Part shown: positions 14,501 to 48,379 of the stretch, one piece after another | How positions within the stretch are numbered: the first letter of the stretch is position 1 | Layout of the letters: each line of letters opens with the position of its first letter | From: Euglena gracilis | Lineage: Eukaryota | NCBI GenBank assembly: GCA_039621445.1 | Contig: CP154954.1 | Coordinates: forward strand, 34,631,737 to 34,695,736 | Length of the DNA stretch: 64,000 bases | Direction of reading: 5' to 3' | Position numbers and translations under genes: made by a program | The notes under the pieces: generated by a model | Seen by the model: the letters and a program-made list of their open reading frames with translations, nothing else | What the model was told of the DNA's origin: nothing | Database searches by the model: none

Positions 14501-17500
14501 CGCTGCTGAACAATTCAATCTCGATTTTGCGCAATAACAATGGTGCGAAAAATGTTCGAGTCAACTAAGTGGTTTGTTTGCGCAGTTGTGCAAGCTCACT
14601 TAATGCTGTGCAGCTGAGTTGGGAAAACCAACTATTTCCAGTGGTGGCCATTATGTTGCCAGCAACAAAAGTGCTAGGGCACCAAACTGTTGCTGAAAGA
14701 CCCGGGGGGCATCAGCTAGCTGTTTTTTTTCCTAGCCACTAGATAAAAAAAACCACCTCCCCCCATTGTGGTCCTGGGGCCCTCCGACACCGGGGGGGGG
14801 TGAGGTCCACTGCGATTTGCACAAATCCAAATTGTGCTAGCTGCACTCCAGCCCCCCCCCCAATGGGGTACTGCGAACCCTAAAACAGAAGCTTTTATAG
14901 CACTTCAAAAACACAGACTCCTGAACTGAGAAATCCTTCTTGTTCAATCATCCTCACACCTCACCATCATCAAGCAGGCACATCTCACAACAAAAAAAGA
15001 CCTGGGAGGTTTTCTCTGGTCTTGGCACGCACGTCCGCAATTGCGCAAAAACTGTGCTCCAGCAAAAAAAAATACAATCAAATTGAATTAAATTGTCCTT
15101 TGTGAGAAACTGAGGACAATGAGCATGTTCTTCCTCTTGACAAAGAGTGCTCTAACCGCGGTCCCAATGAGAGCAGCTCTGCACCAGTCTGTAACCCCTG
15201 GTCCGCCATCACTTCCCCACACTTCCGAATCCTCCCTTCTGCCCCGAACTTAGCTTTCAAAATGGGGTCAGAAAACCATCTTCTGATCCAAATTTTCTGG
15301 TCCAGGTGTCCGGGCAGGAGAGGTGATTTCAGTGATTTCTTCTGCAGCGGTTTTGTCACTTCGCGAAAAAATATTGGAGAAAAAAGCATCATTTTTTCCA
15401 TGAGATTTTTGGGCACGCCAGAGGGTGCCAGCCTCTGGAAGAAAAATGATCTGAGCACTTGCCAATCAGCCCTTTTTTGGGGGGGAGTACGTGTTTTCAA
15501 TGATCCTCAGGCCGCGAACCATGATTTCTGCACATCGCTGAAAAGGTGCCATAGAAAAAAGTGTTCTCCCAGGGTTTAAAACACCAGCCAGCACCCCCAG
15601 CTGAAAACAAAAAAAGGAGGGGATGAACTTTTGCTGTTGTTCCATGAGAATTGAAGAAATTTTATTTCACTTGCGCAGTCAGAAACACTGAACAGCTTAA
15701 ATGAACCGCCCAAACCTTGACGCAACAGAATCATTCTTTGCCCAGGCTCGAGGACCCCGAGGGATACATTAGCTGGCCACTGGCTAGACCCCCACCCTGG
15801 GGAAAGGGGGTCCCAGGGATTCCCTGACTGGGGGGAAAACGGGGCTTTCAGTGTTCCAAAAGGTCCAAAAAAAAATGGCCAAAATGGGCATTTTTGGCAG
15901 GTATTTTGGGGTCCAAAAAATTCGAAGTGCCGGCCATCAGGGAAAAGCTTTCAAAAAGCTGCAGACCTACGCCTAGCAGCCTCCCCCGGGGTCCACTAGG
16001 ATTTCCACAACCAAATTTGGACTAGCTGCAGTCGACTCCCATGAGGGGTACTGCGAACCCTTAAACAGAATATTGCTAGCCCCCTCCTCCCTCAGCCCAG
16101 CACACTTAGGAGGTGGACGGTGATGTCGCACAAGCGGTCGGCCATATTGAACGTCACAGACCAGCCTTTGGGTCCCACCTCAGGGGCAGCCTTCGAGGCA
16201 GGGATGGAGACAGGCAGACAGGCAGACAGACAGACAGGCACACACACACACAGACACACACACACACACACACGCAGACAAACAGAGAGACACCTCACAT
16301 GCAGAAAAGAGGGATAAGGAGGGTTCACTGTATGGTGTGTCCTGAGATCAAGGAAATCGGGTTTCTGTTGTGGTGCAAACGCCGCCCATGCGAGTGGGAA
16401 AAACACCAAAAGCACAGAATGAACACAAACAATCAAACCGTGCGGTGAAAAAGTACCAAAGCTTCACACATGATGAAATACTACGAAAATATAGTTGCCT
16501 GCAGCTTGATGAAATTTCCGAGCAAATATAGAACTCCTTGATTCCTCCCGAGAGAATAGAACCTGGGTTTCTTTTTCATATTTGAGGGTGCTTTGCGGAA
16601 GAAAAGCGGGAAATTGTTGATGAAAGGTGGGTGGGACAATGCAGGTGCTCCCGGGGCGGACCTGAGCTCGGCCGGTGTCCACTGCGGTGCAGTGCACCAC
16701 CACCTTGGGGTAGCCAGTGGGCAGGGGCCCACCGCCAGGCCGCTGCCAGCCTGACTAGCACTGGCACGCAACTGGCATTGGCATTGACGTCAGCCATGGG
16801 TAAAAAAACAGACTTGCAGAGCATTCATACAATCGGGGAGATGCTGAGAACCCCGGCAGGCACGCCCCCTCTCCGCAGAACGGCGATGGGACTGTGCCCA
16901 GACCCCCATCCCAGACCAGCGCCGGCCTGGGGGATGCCCTCCACCGTGATGGTCGCGAACGGGTCCAACTCGTAATACTCCTGGGGAACCGCAACGGCAG
17001 ACCTGCCCAGAACTGAGCTCTGTGGTGTTCAATTATGACAGGGCCGCGATTGCAAACTTTTTGGGCATGTTGGCACTGGTTGGCTGACTTCAGTGGGACA
17101 ATCAGATTGGACCACAGGGTCATCAGACAAAGCTCCCTGTGAGAAGAAAAACTTCTGCGCTCCTATGAACCCCGGCCCTCACAGCAGCCGCCCCCGCGTT
17201 GTCTGAATGCAAGCCAACTGCAATCCAAGGCAACTACCTTCAGGATCTTGTCTGTCTCCGAGTCAAAATCGTGGCCAAAGAGACGGAAAAGTCCACGGGA
17301 TGCAGTGGAGGCAGCCGACTTCTGCACAGAGGGATGATCAACTGATCAACTGATCTGGCAGGGATGCAAACCAAAGCCGGCTGGTCAAGGTCTAACGATG
17401 CATCTGGTGAAATTTGTGTGTCGCTTGCTTGTATACTCTTGTTGGGGAAGGTTAGTTGGGGGGCCTTGTCCTTTGGGCTTTGATTATTATCTGAGGGATG

Positions 17501-20240
17501 CGGCCTGCATACAGGCATACATGCACAAATCTGCACAACTCGGCGAGAAAGAGACAGCACTCGGCAGGGAAAGCCACATGAATGGTTGGAAAAAAAAACC
17601 CTCCGCACAAACTGAGGTGAATACTATGTTTTTCACTTGACTGAGAAAAAAATGAGCCACTTTCTCATGTTTTGAGTGAATACTGTCAAAAGCGTCGACA
17701 TTTTTTTTATCAGACATGTCAAAAAGAGGGCAGACGGGTGAAGGGATTGAACACACCACAAGATAATGACGGACATGGTTTCCCCCATCCAACTGAGATG
17801 TAGAGCAAGCCAAGTTGCATTCCTGTGGACACAATTTTATTGATTCCCATCCCTGGGGAGTCCCTGAAATCCCCCTTCCCGCCGAGCAAAATATATTTAC
17901 GACCCCAAACATGCCACCAATTCTCAGGGCAGTAAGGGAAAGCTGTGGTCAACTTTCAAAGTTGCAAAGCTTCAAAATCATGGTTTGTGTGCATGGGAAA
18001 TGAATGCAAAATATGCATTCACATTGTTATTGGGGGTTCCCATCATGTTTCCCGGGATAGTTATTCGAGCGTGCTGACCGGATGAGTGTCTACGGGTGTG
18101 AAAAACATGCGGATGTCATAAAACCTGCAAGTTTTGAAGGGATCTGGATGGGTGCTCTGGGACCCCAAATGTGGGCACCCCCCCCCAGAAGCCGGATTTC
18201 TGGATTTCTTTTTAAGGGTCCAGAATTTTTAACTGGGAAGTGATGGCCAAACGGACTTCCAACTGGAAAGAAGAAAACCTGGGAACATTGAGGGACGCCT
18301 GCCAGCCCTTGCGATGCCTGCCAACCAGGGAACAGAGCAGCCAGCAAATCCTTCCCAGAAAGAGGGAACGCTTGGGTGGAGGTCGATGCGTCGTCCACCT
18401 GCCTCCCTTGCCTTCCATCGACTGACCCGGACGTTCGGCAGTCATCCATATTCGCATTGTCTAATGGAGTTAACAGATTTTTGGGGGATGTGTACTGCCA
18501 CCTTTTCAAGAAAGAAAAAAAAAGCGTGGCCGATGAGGATGGTGGTGGGGGTGGTTGTGGACCTCCTCTCCAGCAGACTTCATTTCAAGACCCCGGGGGG
18601 TTGGGGGGGTCCCCTCACCACCCACCCAGCCTGGCCTCCCCAGGCCCCTGGCCCCCCCTGGTCCCCCTGGGGACCAGGGCAGGTGGGGGGGTTGTACCCC
18701 CCTCTGGTCCAGCAGGGGGGGGGGGGAGTGTACAGTGGTGCGGTGCGGGTGATGGAATTTCGGCCCAGAGCAAAGCGCCGGGCCGAAATTTTTTGCCCCC
18801 CAAAACCGGCCAAAAGTGCCATTTGGGCATTTTCTGCGCAAAAATTTGCAAAAAAATGCCCAAGAATTTGGGGGGGGTCGGTCCGGACCCCCTGGCAGGT
18901 TGGGGGGCATGGTCCACACCAGGCTTCTTTTTAAGCCCCCCCCCCCCGGGCCCCACCCGCCGGGAGGTCTCGTCCAGGGTTCAATTTCAGAGGGTTTATG
19001 GGACACACAGAGAGGGGTCCAGACCAGGCTTCTTTTTAAGTCAGAAGACTGTCTGGGCCAGACCCTTTCAGTGGGGGTCCCGGGCCAGAGTCCCAGGAAT
19101 GGGTTTCGGTGCGGAACGCCGATAATTTTTTCGGAAATGCCGTCAGACGGCCCGATTTTTTTTGGGGGGGGGTCCCACGCTGGACTGACATCAGGCCATC
19201 AAAAGACATTTCCAAAATATTTTGGGGCTCCTCGCCCAATACCCACATCCGGGCCTCCAGCATGGGAAACCCCCACCCCAAGGGGGCCTGGCAAGGGGCA
19301 ATGGGGGCCTGCCCCCCGCCCACCTCTCCCAAGGGGGTCTTGTGAGTTAAAAAGAAGCCTGCTCCCCACAGAGTTGCCCCAGAGAGGTACCTGGGTCATC
19401 TCTGGGCTGCTTCGGGGGACGGGATGGGGCTGGTGGGGGTGGAGGAAGTGGGCCAGCCTTTCGCGATGGCCGGGGGCCGGCTCTGTGGACTGAACAAGGC
19501 AGGGGAAGGTGCTGCACGGACTTCAACAGAATACGAAGACAACTTGACCGGGGAGAGTGCAAAGCCCGTCTGCAGTCCATCAGGCAAAGATGCATTGGGC
19601 AAAAAGTTCTCCCCGCTAACAAGCTCCCGGCCTATTTTTGGAGTCAGTTGCTGAAAATCCCGAGGGGGTCTAACTTGGGGGGGGTATTCTTTGGATTTTG
19701 CTGAAATACCGGCTATATATATTTTTTATGGATTCGTTCAAAAACGTGCCGAAACAGTTTCAATACTGACAAAAAATCCACCGAAAAACGCCAACTTTTA
19801 CAGTGAAAAATCACTCATTTTGGGGGATTGTTTCACAGCGTCCAGGTATTTTTGCTGAAAATGGCAGTGGTCTCTTGTGAGGGGGTGGATTCACAATTTT
19901 GTCAAACAAGCGTAATTCACCCATCCACCAAGCTTGGAACGCAAATTGAGGTCATCAATTGGGCCAATTGAGCCAGCCGTAACACAAGGTGTACCAGAAG
20001 GAGCCCATTGCCCAAAAAGCAAACATTTTGGGTTCATACTTCCTCCTCCTCCTCAAATTCCCTCTCCGGCGCATTCCACCACAGCAGTGCTTTTGTAGCC
20101 GTGGGGGGCGGTTGGCTCCTTTGGGGGGGGGGGCTCCACACCGGTTGGCGGCGGTGCCACACGCCGCGGGGCCGGTGGCCCCTCCCGGCATCGGCGGCGG
20201 CGGCCATGCAGCCCGCCAAGTGCGCTGCCCTGCAACGGCC
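2639..20240 (-). CDS. Multi-exon MCTP-like protein: N-terminal C2 domain(s), PRT_C-like transmembrane region, C-terminal C2 domain
   Basis: Exons read by eye: ~19500-19545 LRILLKSVQHLP; ~16925-16981 ELDPFATITVEG; 16662-16750; ~16100-16160 VTFNMADRLCDITVHL; 9608-~9752 WNRLLLFDSPRRSALVF; ~9025-9063; 8723-~8827; 4890-5077 RFLSLATWQHPRSSVLALGFF; 4608-4703; ~3860-3963 RLFVTIHCAHGFRASDHFSTDPYV; 2996-3107 VLLWDWDRSSSDDFLGE; 2639-2778 with stop. Several GT-AG introns join in phase. The 5' end and some junctions are unresolved. Confidence 0.75.
4890..5077 (-). CDS. Transmembrane (PRT_C-like) exon of the MCTP-like gene
   Basis: CAG acceptor at 5078-5080 and GT donor at 4889. The W-x-x-P-R-S motif is followed by a long hydrophobic segment. 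Confidence 0.8.
10194..10662. mobile_element. Tc1/mariner-type MITE with TA TSD
   Basis: TA|CAGCAGGGGGGGGGAATGCAACTTG ... CAAGTTGCATATCCCCCCCTTGCTG|TA form imperfect ~25-bp TIRs. Confidence 0.75.
11538..11665. repeat. (CA)n/(CACCCA)n microsatellite
   Basis: Direct inspection. Confidence 0.95.
18920..19361. mobile_element. MITE with CAGGCTTCTTTTTAA TIRs
   Basis: Perfect 15-bp TIRs, with an extra internal left-end copy at 19025. Flanks GTCCACAC and CTCCCCAC are 6/8 identical. Confidence 0.65.
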
Positions 20241-22118
20241 ATGGGGTGGGAGGGGTTGGCAAAGATGGAATCGCCCCCCCCCCCACAAAAAGGGTTCCGG
20301 GTGGTACGGAGCAAACCGGCTCCCGGGCAGCACAAACTATTCAATTCAGTATTCGGCGGCAAAACCTCCGATACCGGATGGCGGAAATGCAGGTTCAAAA
20401 AGTCCATTGGCTGACCGAGCAGCCCTCTCCCCCAAAGAGTGGGTCCCACCAGGTGTTTTTTTTTTTTTTAAGCCAGAGATGACCCCCACCCCTCCGTTCC
20501 AGCCAGCAGCTCCCAGCAGGGCTACGGACCCCCCCCCCCCCACCTTGGGGGTCCTGAAATAAAGTTTGGACCTAAAGTTTGGACCGAAAAAAATTGCACC
20601 GAAATTTTTTGAAAAAAAAAGAGTCAGAAATGGCCAAAAATAGAATGGTTTTTAGGTTTTTTTGCTGAAAAAGCAAATCTGGCCGGATTTGGGCTTTTTG
20701 GCCTTTTCTTCCAGGAACCCGCCAGGTCCAGCTGCTTGCCAGCTGGATCCGCGCCCCTGGACCACCAACCTGTGGGGGCGGGCGCCTTAAAAAAACCCCC
20801 AAATTTTTTTTTTTAAAAAAAAACGCCTTAAATTTTTGCCAAAATGCCTTAAAACCCTCAAAAAACCATTCCGTGAAATTTTTCTCCAATTGAGCAAAAA
20901 ATATAAGAAAGCGCAAAATCTCTCTAAAATCAAGCCAAAAATGATTCCTGGCATTGCTGGAACCCAAAATTCGAAAAAAAAAGGATTTTCGATCTTTTTT
21001 ATTTTATTTTTTGGACCCCCGCGATGCTGGGATGGCCTTTCGACAGCCCTTGGAAAATAATACCTAAAAAAAACTTAAACGGCCTTAAAACCCTGAAACA
21101 AAAAGCCTTAAAGAGGCCTTAAAAAAGCCTTAAACATTTTGAAAATTTCGCCTTGAAAATATTGCGTGCCATCAACTTTTTCCACTCAGCACCATTTCCA
21201 GCTCGCCCAGGGACCCTCCAGCCAGGGGTCCTTCAGAAAACCCCTGGGTCCAACAGGTGTAACCCCCCCCCAAAAAAAACCTGGTGGGGCTCTTGCTCCT
21301 GGCAGTGGCCGAATACCTTGGCAGGAGGAGGGGCAAGGTTCCAGTAGCTTGGCACCCCCCCCCCCCCTTTTAAGGCAAAGCGCTGAAAGAAAGGCCCAAA
21401 TAACCTGTCAGGGGGGCAGTTGGTTCCAATGACCTGGCACCCCGCCAGGTCATTTGGGGGGGGTTACAGCATGCACAGGGACAGACAAAAAAACCCTGCA
21501 CTGCAAACGTGTTTAAAAAAAGCAGCCAGCAAGAAAAGGCAGACCGCTGCAAAGAAAAATGAAAATATTTCCTGATGGGCCCACTCTGGCTAGAGGAGAT
21601 GTGGGGCAGGTATATGGGGTGGCGCTGGGAACTGCAAGGCTTGCAATGTGTTTCGTGGAGCGCCAGATTCATTGCAACATGTTCTACATGTGGTGGAAAA
21701 CCAAATGGACAATTCATTTGCCTGAAAACCAGCAGCAGAGGTAACGAGGGGCAAAAAGGAACCACTCCCTCAACCTCAACCCTGGAATAAATGGACACTT
21801 TGATGAGGGCACATACCAAGCAGTGTGAGATTTTTGGGTTAAACGACGTTTCCAAATACAAAAAAGATACCATAAATATTAGCATTGCTGGAACACACTG
21901 TTGAAAGGAGCCTCAGAGGACTTAATGCGGTCGTGGGGAGGGGGGTTATGCCCAAAAGCTCATGCCCAAAAAGCTTATGCCCAAAAGCACATAATTTAGT
22001 CACGTGAGACGGAAGTAAAGAAATGTTGAGAACTTCTCAAAAGCCAGGACTTTGCGGCAGATCATTTAACAAGTGGTTGGCTTATTCCTTTGCACAAAAA
22101 TCACAATTTTTTTGTGTT

Positions 22119-22157
<39 letters not shown>

Positions 22158-22210
22158 TTAAAATAAGGCCCAATACATAGCGACCCGAGACCGCAGGGTG
22201 AAGTGCAAAG

Positions 22211-23030
22211 CCTGGCGTTGCTGAAGGACCCCTCCACCTCAGAGGCTGCAAAACTTGGGCTGGCTGGAAAAAGGTTGCTGGCTAACTGGACCCCCCCCCC
22301 CCAATAGGGGTCAGGGCTGGAACTGGGCCAAATCCAGGATCGAACCGGGTACCCAAAAAATCGAAATTGCAAAAATGTCCAAAAAATCTGCCAATTATGC
22401 AAAAAATCGATTTTTTTTGCCCCAAATTTGCCACCGCCGCCCTTTTCCGACCCATTTTTGCCATTTTTGCACCTGGCTGGAAAAAAAAAACTTGGCACGT
22501 CAATGTACGGGTACGGTTTCGCGGACTCTCTTTTTCCCAGGTGTCCGTACCTTGGGTTTTCCAACCACCATTTCTGTGGCTGCAGTAATTCCACAATTTT
22601 CAGAGCTTTTTTGCAAGTCTTTTTCCTTTTTCAAGGTTTCTGGGTCTTGTCGTCAGTGCAATGCTGAACTCTGTGCAAGGATCTCCACACACCACCGTGT
22701 GGAATTCACCGGTTTGAATTGTTTTTTGTAGTCCCAGTCCAGTACATCCACCTGGTAGTCTGCTTTCCACCTGGGGTCTGGGTCCACCGTCACCACCTCG
22801 AAACCCATTTTTTTCGGACACTGTGCCGACCCATTTCGTTCCACAGAAAAGGTTTTCCGCTGTGGCCCGTTCTGGTGTCGTCGTTTGCTGCCTCCTGCAG
22901 TTTTCTGATGTGTTTCTGTGATTTTTCTGTTCCCAAGTCGGTTTGTTGTTCACCACCCTCCCCCACGATGGGGGGGTCAGGACTAGAAAAAGGCTGCTGG
23001 CTGGCTGGACATCCCTGGGGGGAAGTCAAA
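22211..23030. mobile_element. Degenerate member of the CAGGGCGTTG MITE family interrupted by a ~470-bp insert
   Basis: 22213-22493 and 22967-23030 are colinear with the intact element at 47949-48379. Confidence 0.65.
22497..22870 (-). pseudogene. Frameshifted C5 cytosine DNA methyltransferase fragment
   Basis: Across about 3 frameshifts it reads LFCGTKWVG (motif I-like), EVVTVD..DVLDWDY, GDPCTEFS (catalytic PC, motif IV) and WWLENP (motif VI) in the correct order. Confidence 0.8.
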
Positions 23031-24030
23031 CTTCCGCCCTGCCAAAGACTGTAGAAAGTTAGGGTACCCTAGAGCAGGGGCCACCACAGCATAAAATACA
23101 CACAAAACTTTCAGAGTGCTCCAACAGTCCATTTCAACCTGGTAAACACACTCCTTTCACAGGGGGGAAAAACGCGGGGGATAGAAGCAGCAGGTTTCGT
23201 GCATTCTTGTAATTTCCCATTCCCAGGGTTTGTCCCGGAGGATTCCGCACGATATTTCTTTTTAAGAGGTCAAAAACATCAAAATTTGCATTTCCCCTGG
23301 GTTTCAACCCAGAAAATGTTTAAGATCCACACAAAGGGGGCCGACGTTCAATCAGCAGATCATCAACCCCTCAAAAGAAAACTTGTGTTGGTTGCTTTGA
23401 GCAAAGCAACACAACGCAAGAAGCATAAGCAGAACCCATCATCTCCATATCACCATGCAGTCTATTATTTCCCGACTTGTTTCTGAATATTCGTGCAATG
23501 ATCCCTTTGCCAATCTGCCAAATATCGGTTCCTCGCTCGAGTGTCAGTCAGGGTGAATACAATGATTATTGTAAAAGCGAGAGAATATACACAACAAGCT
23601 GCCAACTGAGGTAAGGTACAAAAAGGAAAATAAAAAATGTGAGCAAAGAAGACAAACAGTGCAAAAAAGAAACCGAAGGGAAAGTGCTGATCACAGCGGT
23701 GTTCATTGTACAAGCAGGGGTCCGTCAGAATATAAAATAACCTCCAAATGAATTTGGCTGAGAAATAAGAACAAGGACCCTCCCGCCTGCTCCACTCTGG
23801 AGGTCAAGAAAATGACGATGGCACTTAAAATCACAGAACCTGATGGAATTGAACCCACACCCAAACCACAAATTATATCCTGATGAAGAGTAGAGGGAAT
23901 TTCCGAGTTTGAAAATGCCCCCAAATAACACAAAACAACTTCAGTGAACAATGGATTTGGGGTTTGGGCACCAGTGTTTTTTTGGGCGATGCCATCCGGC
24001 GACGTTGGGAGACTGACCACTTGCCGACAC

Positions 24031-44225
<20,195 letters not shown>

Positions 44226-47200
44226 TCCGGGGACTTCGGCCGCACAATTCTCTGACCCGGTGTTTCCTGGTGGGCCGAAGACAAGCCAGAGGTTAAGGTG
44301 TTCCCGCCCCCCTCTCCTTCGCCTTGTGGGGCAGGTCTGCCTCCCCTGCCTGGCTTCACATCTGTCTTAACCTGCCCCGCCCCATGACCGTGCCCTCCTG
44401 ACTGGATTTTGGACCCCCCATCTTCATGTCGAACCGTGGCCATATGTGGACAGGTGGGGTGGTGTGGTGTGGACCCCTGCCAGAGGTGAGATTTTGGCCT
44501 TTTTTGGCCTTTTTTTTTTCGGCGCGAAGCGTCAAAATTTTTTGTACCCAAAAATTGAACTCCAAAAAGTGTCCCGTGGACCCCTGCCCTGGGGGGTTGG
44601 GGTACCCTGGGTCGCCCACCGTCCCCCCCCCCAAGAGAAAGGTGCTCCCATTCGCCCACGGGTGGGTGTCGCCACTGTGCTCTGATATGGGGGAATCCAA
44701 AAAAACCCAATCCAAATCCAAAATCCAAAAAAAACCAGCTGCTGCCTGGGTGGGCAGCAGCTACGTACTTAGCATGCTGAAATCTGACTAAAATCTTTGG
44801 GGCAAAGCGCAGGAAGGGAGATTTTGACCCCAGAAATTCCGACCTCAACTTCACTAATGAATCACAACAGCCTCCCTGATAAGCAGACTGTCCTTGACCC
44901 TGAAGCTCCTTCACCTCTTTGTCTGATTTGATAACATTGCATTGCTTCAAAGAAAATCAAGCTCAGAAGTCTGAGGTGACTTCTGCGGATCAGAAACTGC
45001 ACACATCCCTTGCTGGTGACCCGACCCACTTCGAACAGCCAAGCATTCGTCCTAAAATGGCTGCCCACAGAAACAGCTGAGAAAAAAAGATCTCAACTTT
45101 TCCTTTTGCATTCAAATGTGAATCAAATATCTTGTCGTGGTGCAAATGAATATAATTCACATATTTTCATCACTTCACCATTCAAAAAGTACCTTGCTTT
45201 CCCAGTTTTCATTCAACAAACCAGGCAATCTTTTCGTAGTCATCAACAGAATGTGCGTTATAGCAAGGCGGGATGGTGCCTGCACCATAACTGTTGCTGT
45301 GCCCTGAAACGTTCACAGCCGATTTGATGCCTGGATGGTTTTTTGCAGGGAGGGGGAAAGAAAGATACGACCAAATAACTCTACCTTTCCTCTTTGCAAG
45401 GACAACAACATTTAAGTTTGTATCCATCAGCATATGCGACGCATATCACGGCACTTCCTACCGAAAATGGGGCAGCTGTTCCTGCAGGCGACAAGAAAGG
45501 CATAAAAAAAGGGAAACGATCCTCGCAGGGGCGATGGTACAGGGGGCAGGCGTCGGATAAACTGCGGTTAGGGGCTCCAGTGCCCCAACCAAGCTCTCCA
45601 AAGAGGAGGCTTGGGCAGTGACCCCCCTTGGTTGGTATTTTTTTTCGTCCATCGGGAAGAGGTCTCCTGCTGCATCTGAGCCATGCTTGTGCTTACCGAC
45701 CGGGGGGGGTGCCCCTAGGGTCTGCTATAGGGTGTGCCTGCCCCCAGCAGGCACACCCCCTGGGGAAGGGGTCCGGGGGACCCAGAAAATTTCATTGAAA
45801 ATGGCCTTTTCCAGGCCCCCGGCGCCGGGGTCGGGGGGGTGCCTGCTAGGGGCAGGCACCCCCCCCAAAACCCTACCCCCTGGGGGGGGGGGAGGTCGGG
45901 TCGGCCACCTCCACGTACACAGACAAAAAGGGCCAGAGGCGAACAACAGTGCCAGGCCAGAAGAAGGGATAAAAGGCACCAAAAAAACAGCCACAGTGCA
46001 CACAGGGGGGGGGGTCGGGTCGGACGGGTGCTATAGGGTGCCTGCCCCCCCCCCCCCGTAGGGTAGGTACCCAACTAAGCACAAACCTGATCTGAGCAAT
46101 TATCCAAAAAACAACAACAAAATAAAACTAAAACTGAAAAAAATAATCAAACTCAAAAATCAAACAAAATAATGACAAAAATATGTTCTTTGGGTTCTCA
46201 GTCAAATTCTGCATCTAGAAATGCATTTCATTGTTTCAAGAATTTCCACTTGGCGGTTCTCTGGCTTATTGGCCCAGTGTAAATCCTACCCTCATGTCGA
46301 AAGACCCCAGATTGCTGGGCTAAGACTGGAAATTTTCTAGGCAGTTTGCAGCACCATCCCTCTAGGTGGGGGGGTGCTGCTGGCTTGGGCTGAAATTTTA
46401 CTGGAAAAGAGACGCATGATGGAGGGCGGTATTGGGCAACACCCATCCTGCCCAAGAGGCATTGATGAGGTCCTAAATGACTGACCTGAACAAAATAACA
46501 GAGCATTCAAACAGCCAATCCACAACCAACACCTGAGAAACAAACCACCCCTCCCCGAGCCTCCATCAGTCCTGGGCCGGGAGCGATGGCGGGGCCAGGG
46601 GAGTCTCCACAAGCCACGCAGGCTTTGATATGAACTGGACGATGCCAGAAGGACAGAAACACAACGCAGGGGGAGGACACCGCTTTGGCTTGAGTGGGCA
46701 ACCAAGGGCAACAGCACAAAGAGCAACAGACATATTTGCTACGGCCAAATGGTTTTCCCACCAGGAGTGTGCATATGTGCAAGTCTTCCTTTGGTTGTCC
46801 GGACTCCCCCGCGGTCAGGGGACCCAAACAGTACCCAAACTACCCAAACAGTCTGACGCCCGCGAGACCGACCTTTGGTCTGACACAAATTCTGTGCCTG
46901 ATTTAATTATTGATGTGGATAGTTGTGCATGTCCATATGCAGTTTGGGACCCGGTCAACTCCCTGGAACAGTTTCTGAACCTCCCCCCTGCCAACTCCCT
47001 GAAAGAGAGAAGGCTGATGCAAAGAGAGTGAGCTTTGCGGATTTAACGTTGACAAATTTTGACAGAAATTTCGTCCCAAAGGTGCCAAAGCTGCACTGTG
47101 TGATAACCATAAAAATGTCCTCCACATTAACAGAAATTTCCATGAATTGTTAGCATCCCAGGAAAATGACCAGCCACAACCCCACCTCTCGCTAATTCTT

Positions 47201-47948
47201 TCCTCGTCACTTCCGACGAATCCGCTCTGGAGGACGCTCTGTGAGGAGACTCACGCTTGATTTGCCTGCATGTGCTTGGAAAGTGGTTGCTTTTCTTCTC
47301 AAACCCAGGAAAGGAGGCCCCTTGTGGTGTGTGTCAGCACCCCGGATCGGTTGAAAACAGAGAGAAATGGTTGTCAAGGCACTGGCACTTCTTTGTGACG
47401 TTCCTTCCGCAAGGGGGGGGGGGCGTAATTGCTCAAGGCCCCCCATGCGTGTGATAACGCAAATTGCGTTGATTGGCACGTTACAACTGGGGTGTGCTAT
47501 GTGTGAACACAGCTGTTGCGGCCCTCCAAGGAGATCCTGCGCCTTAAAACTCATATGGGATCCACAAAGGCGAATGCGAGGGATGAAAGACGAGGATCAT
47601 CTCTCGTGTCATACCTCCCATTTCCTGGTTGTAGAAGGTGGGGCTGGACCCGCAACACTCCGCTGTCCGCAGACCTGAACCCATCCAATCACTTGTCCAA
47701 TCACATGACTGCCCTGAACTGAAATTTGGGGTATGATGACAACGTGGCAACGCCCAGCAGAGAAATTCAGATTTCCAGCAGACGAGACAATCTCCTAAAT
47801 GCTCTTGTGGGGACTCAGCAGTGGCGCACTCGAGGCCTATGTATTCTACAGTACACCACGTATATAACGGGGAGGGACACCACCCGGTCCTGGCAGGAAA
47901 CAGCCAGAACCACAACCCACGCAGGGGTCAGCCACGCACAGCCCCAAC

Positions 47949-48379
47949 CAGGGCGTTGTTTAAAGACCCCTGGGGGGTCCAGCTCAGAGGCTGGAAAATT
48001 GGGGCTGGTTGGATAAAGGTTGCTGGCTGACCCCCCCCCCCATGGGGGTCCCAGGCTGGAGTTGGGTCGAACCGGGCACCAAAAAATCGAATCACAAATG
48101 TGAAACTACCAATTTGTATGCCAAAAATAAATTTTTGACCCCCTAAAACGTCCTGGACAGCTGTTTCTGACCCATTTTTGCCCATTTTTGACCATCCCCT
48201 GAAAGCGAAAAATCCGCCACTGTCCAGCCAGTTTTTCCAGCCACCCTTCAGGTGGCTGGAAAAAAAAACTTCTTGATGGGGGGATCTGGGGTTGGAAAAC
48301 GACTGCTGGCTGGGAAAAGGCTGCTGGCTGGCTGGACCCACCCCTGGGGGGTGGTCAATTTTTCTTAAGCAACGCCCTG
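47949..48379. mobile_element. hAT-like MITE with CAGGGCGTTG TIRs and perfect 8-bp TSD
   Basis: GCCCCAAC|CAGGGCGTTG...CAACGCCCTG|GCCCCAAC. Partial copies lie at ~3985-4470, 22211-23030 and ~60200-60300. Confidence 0.9.
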
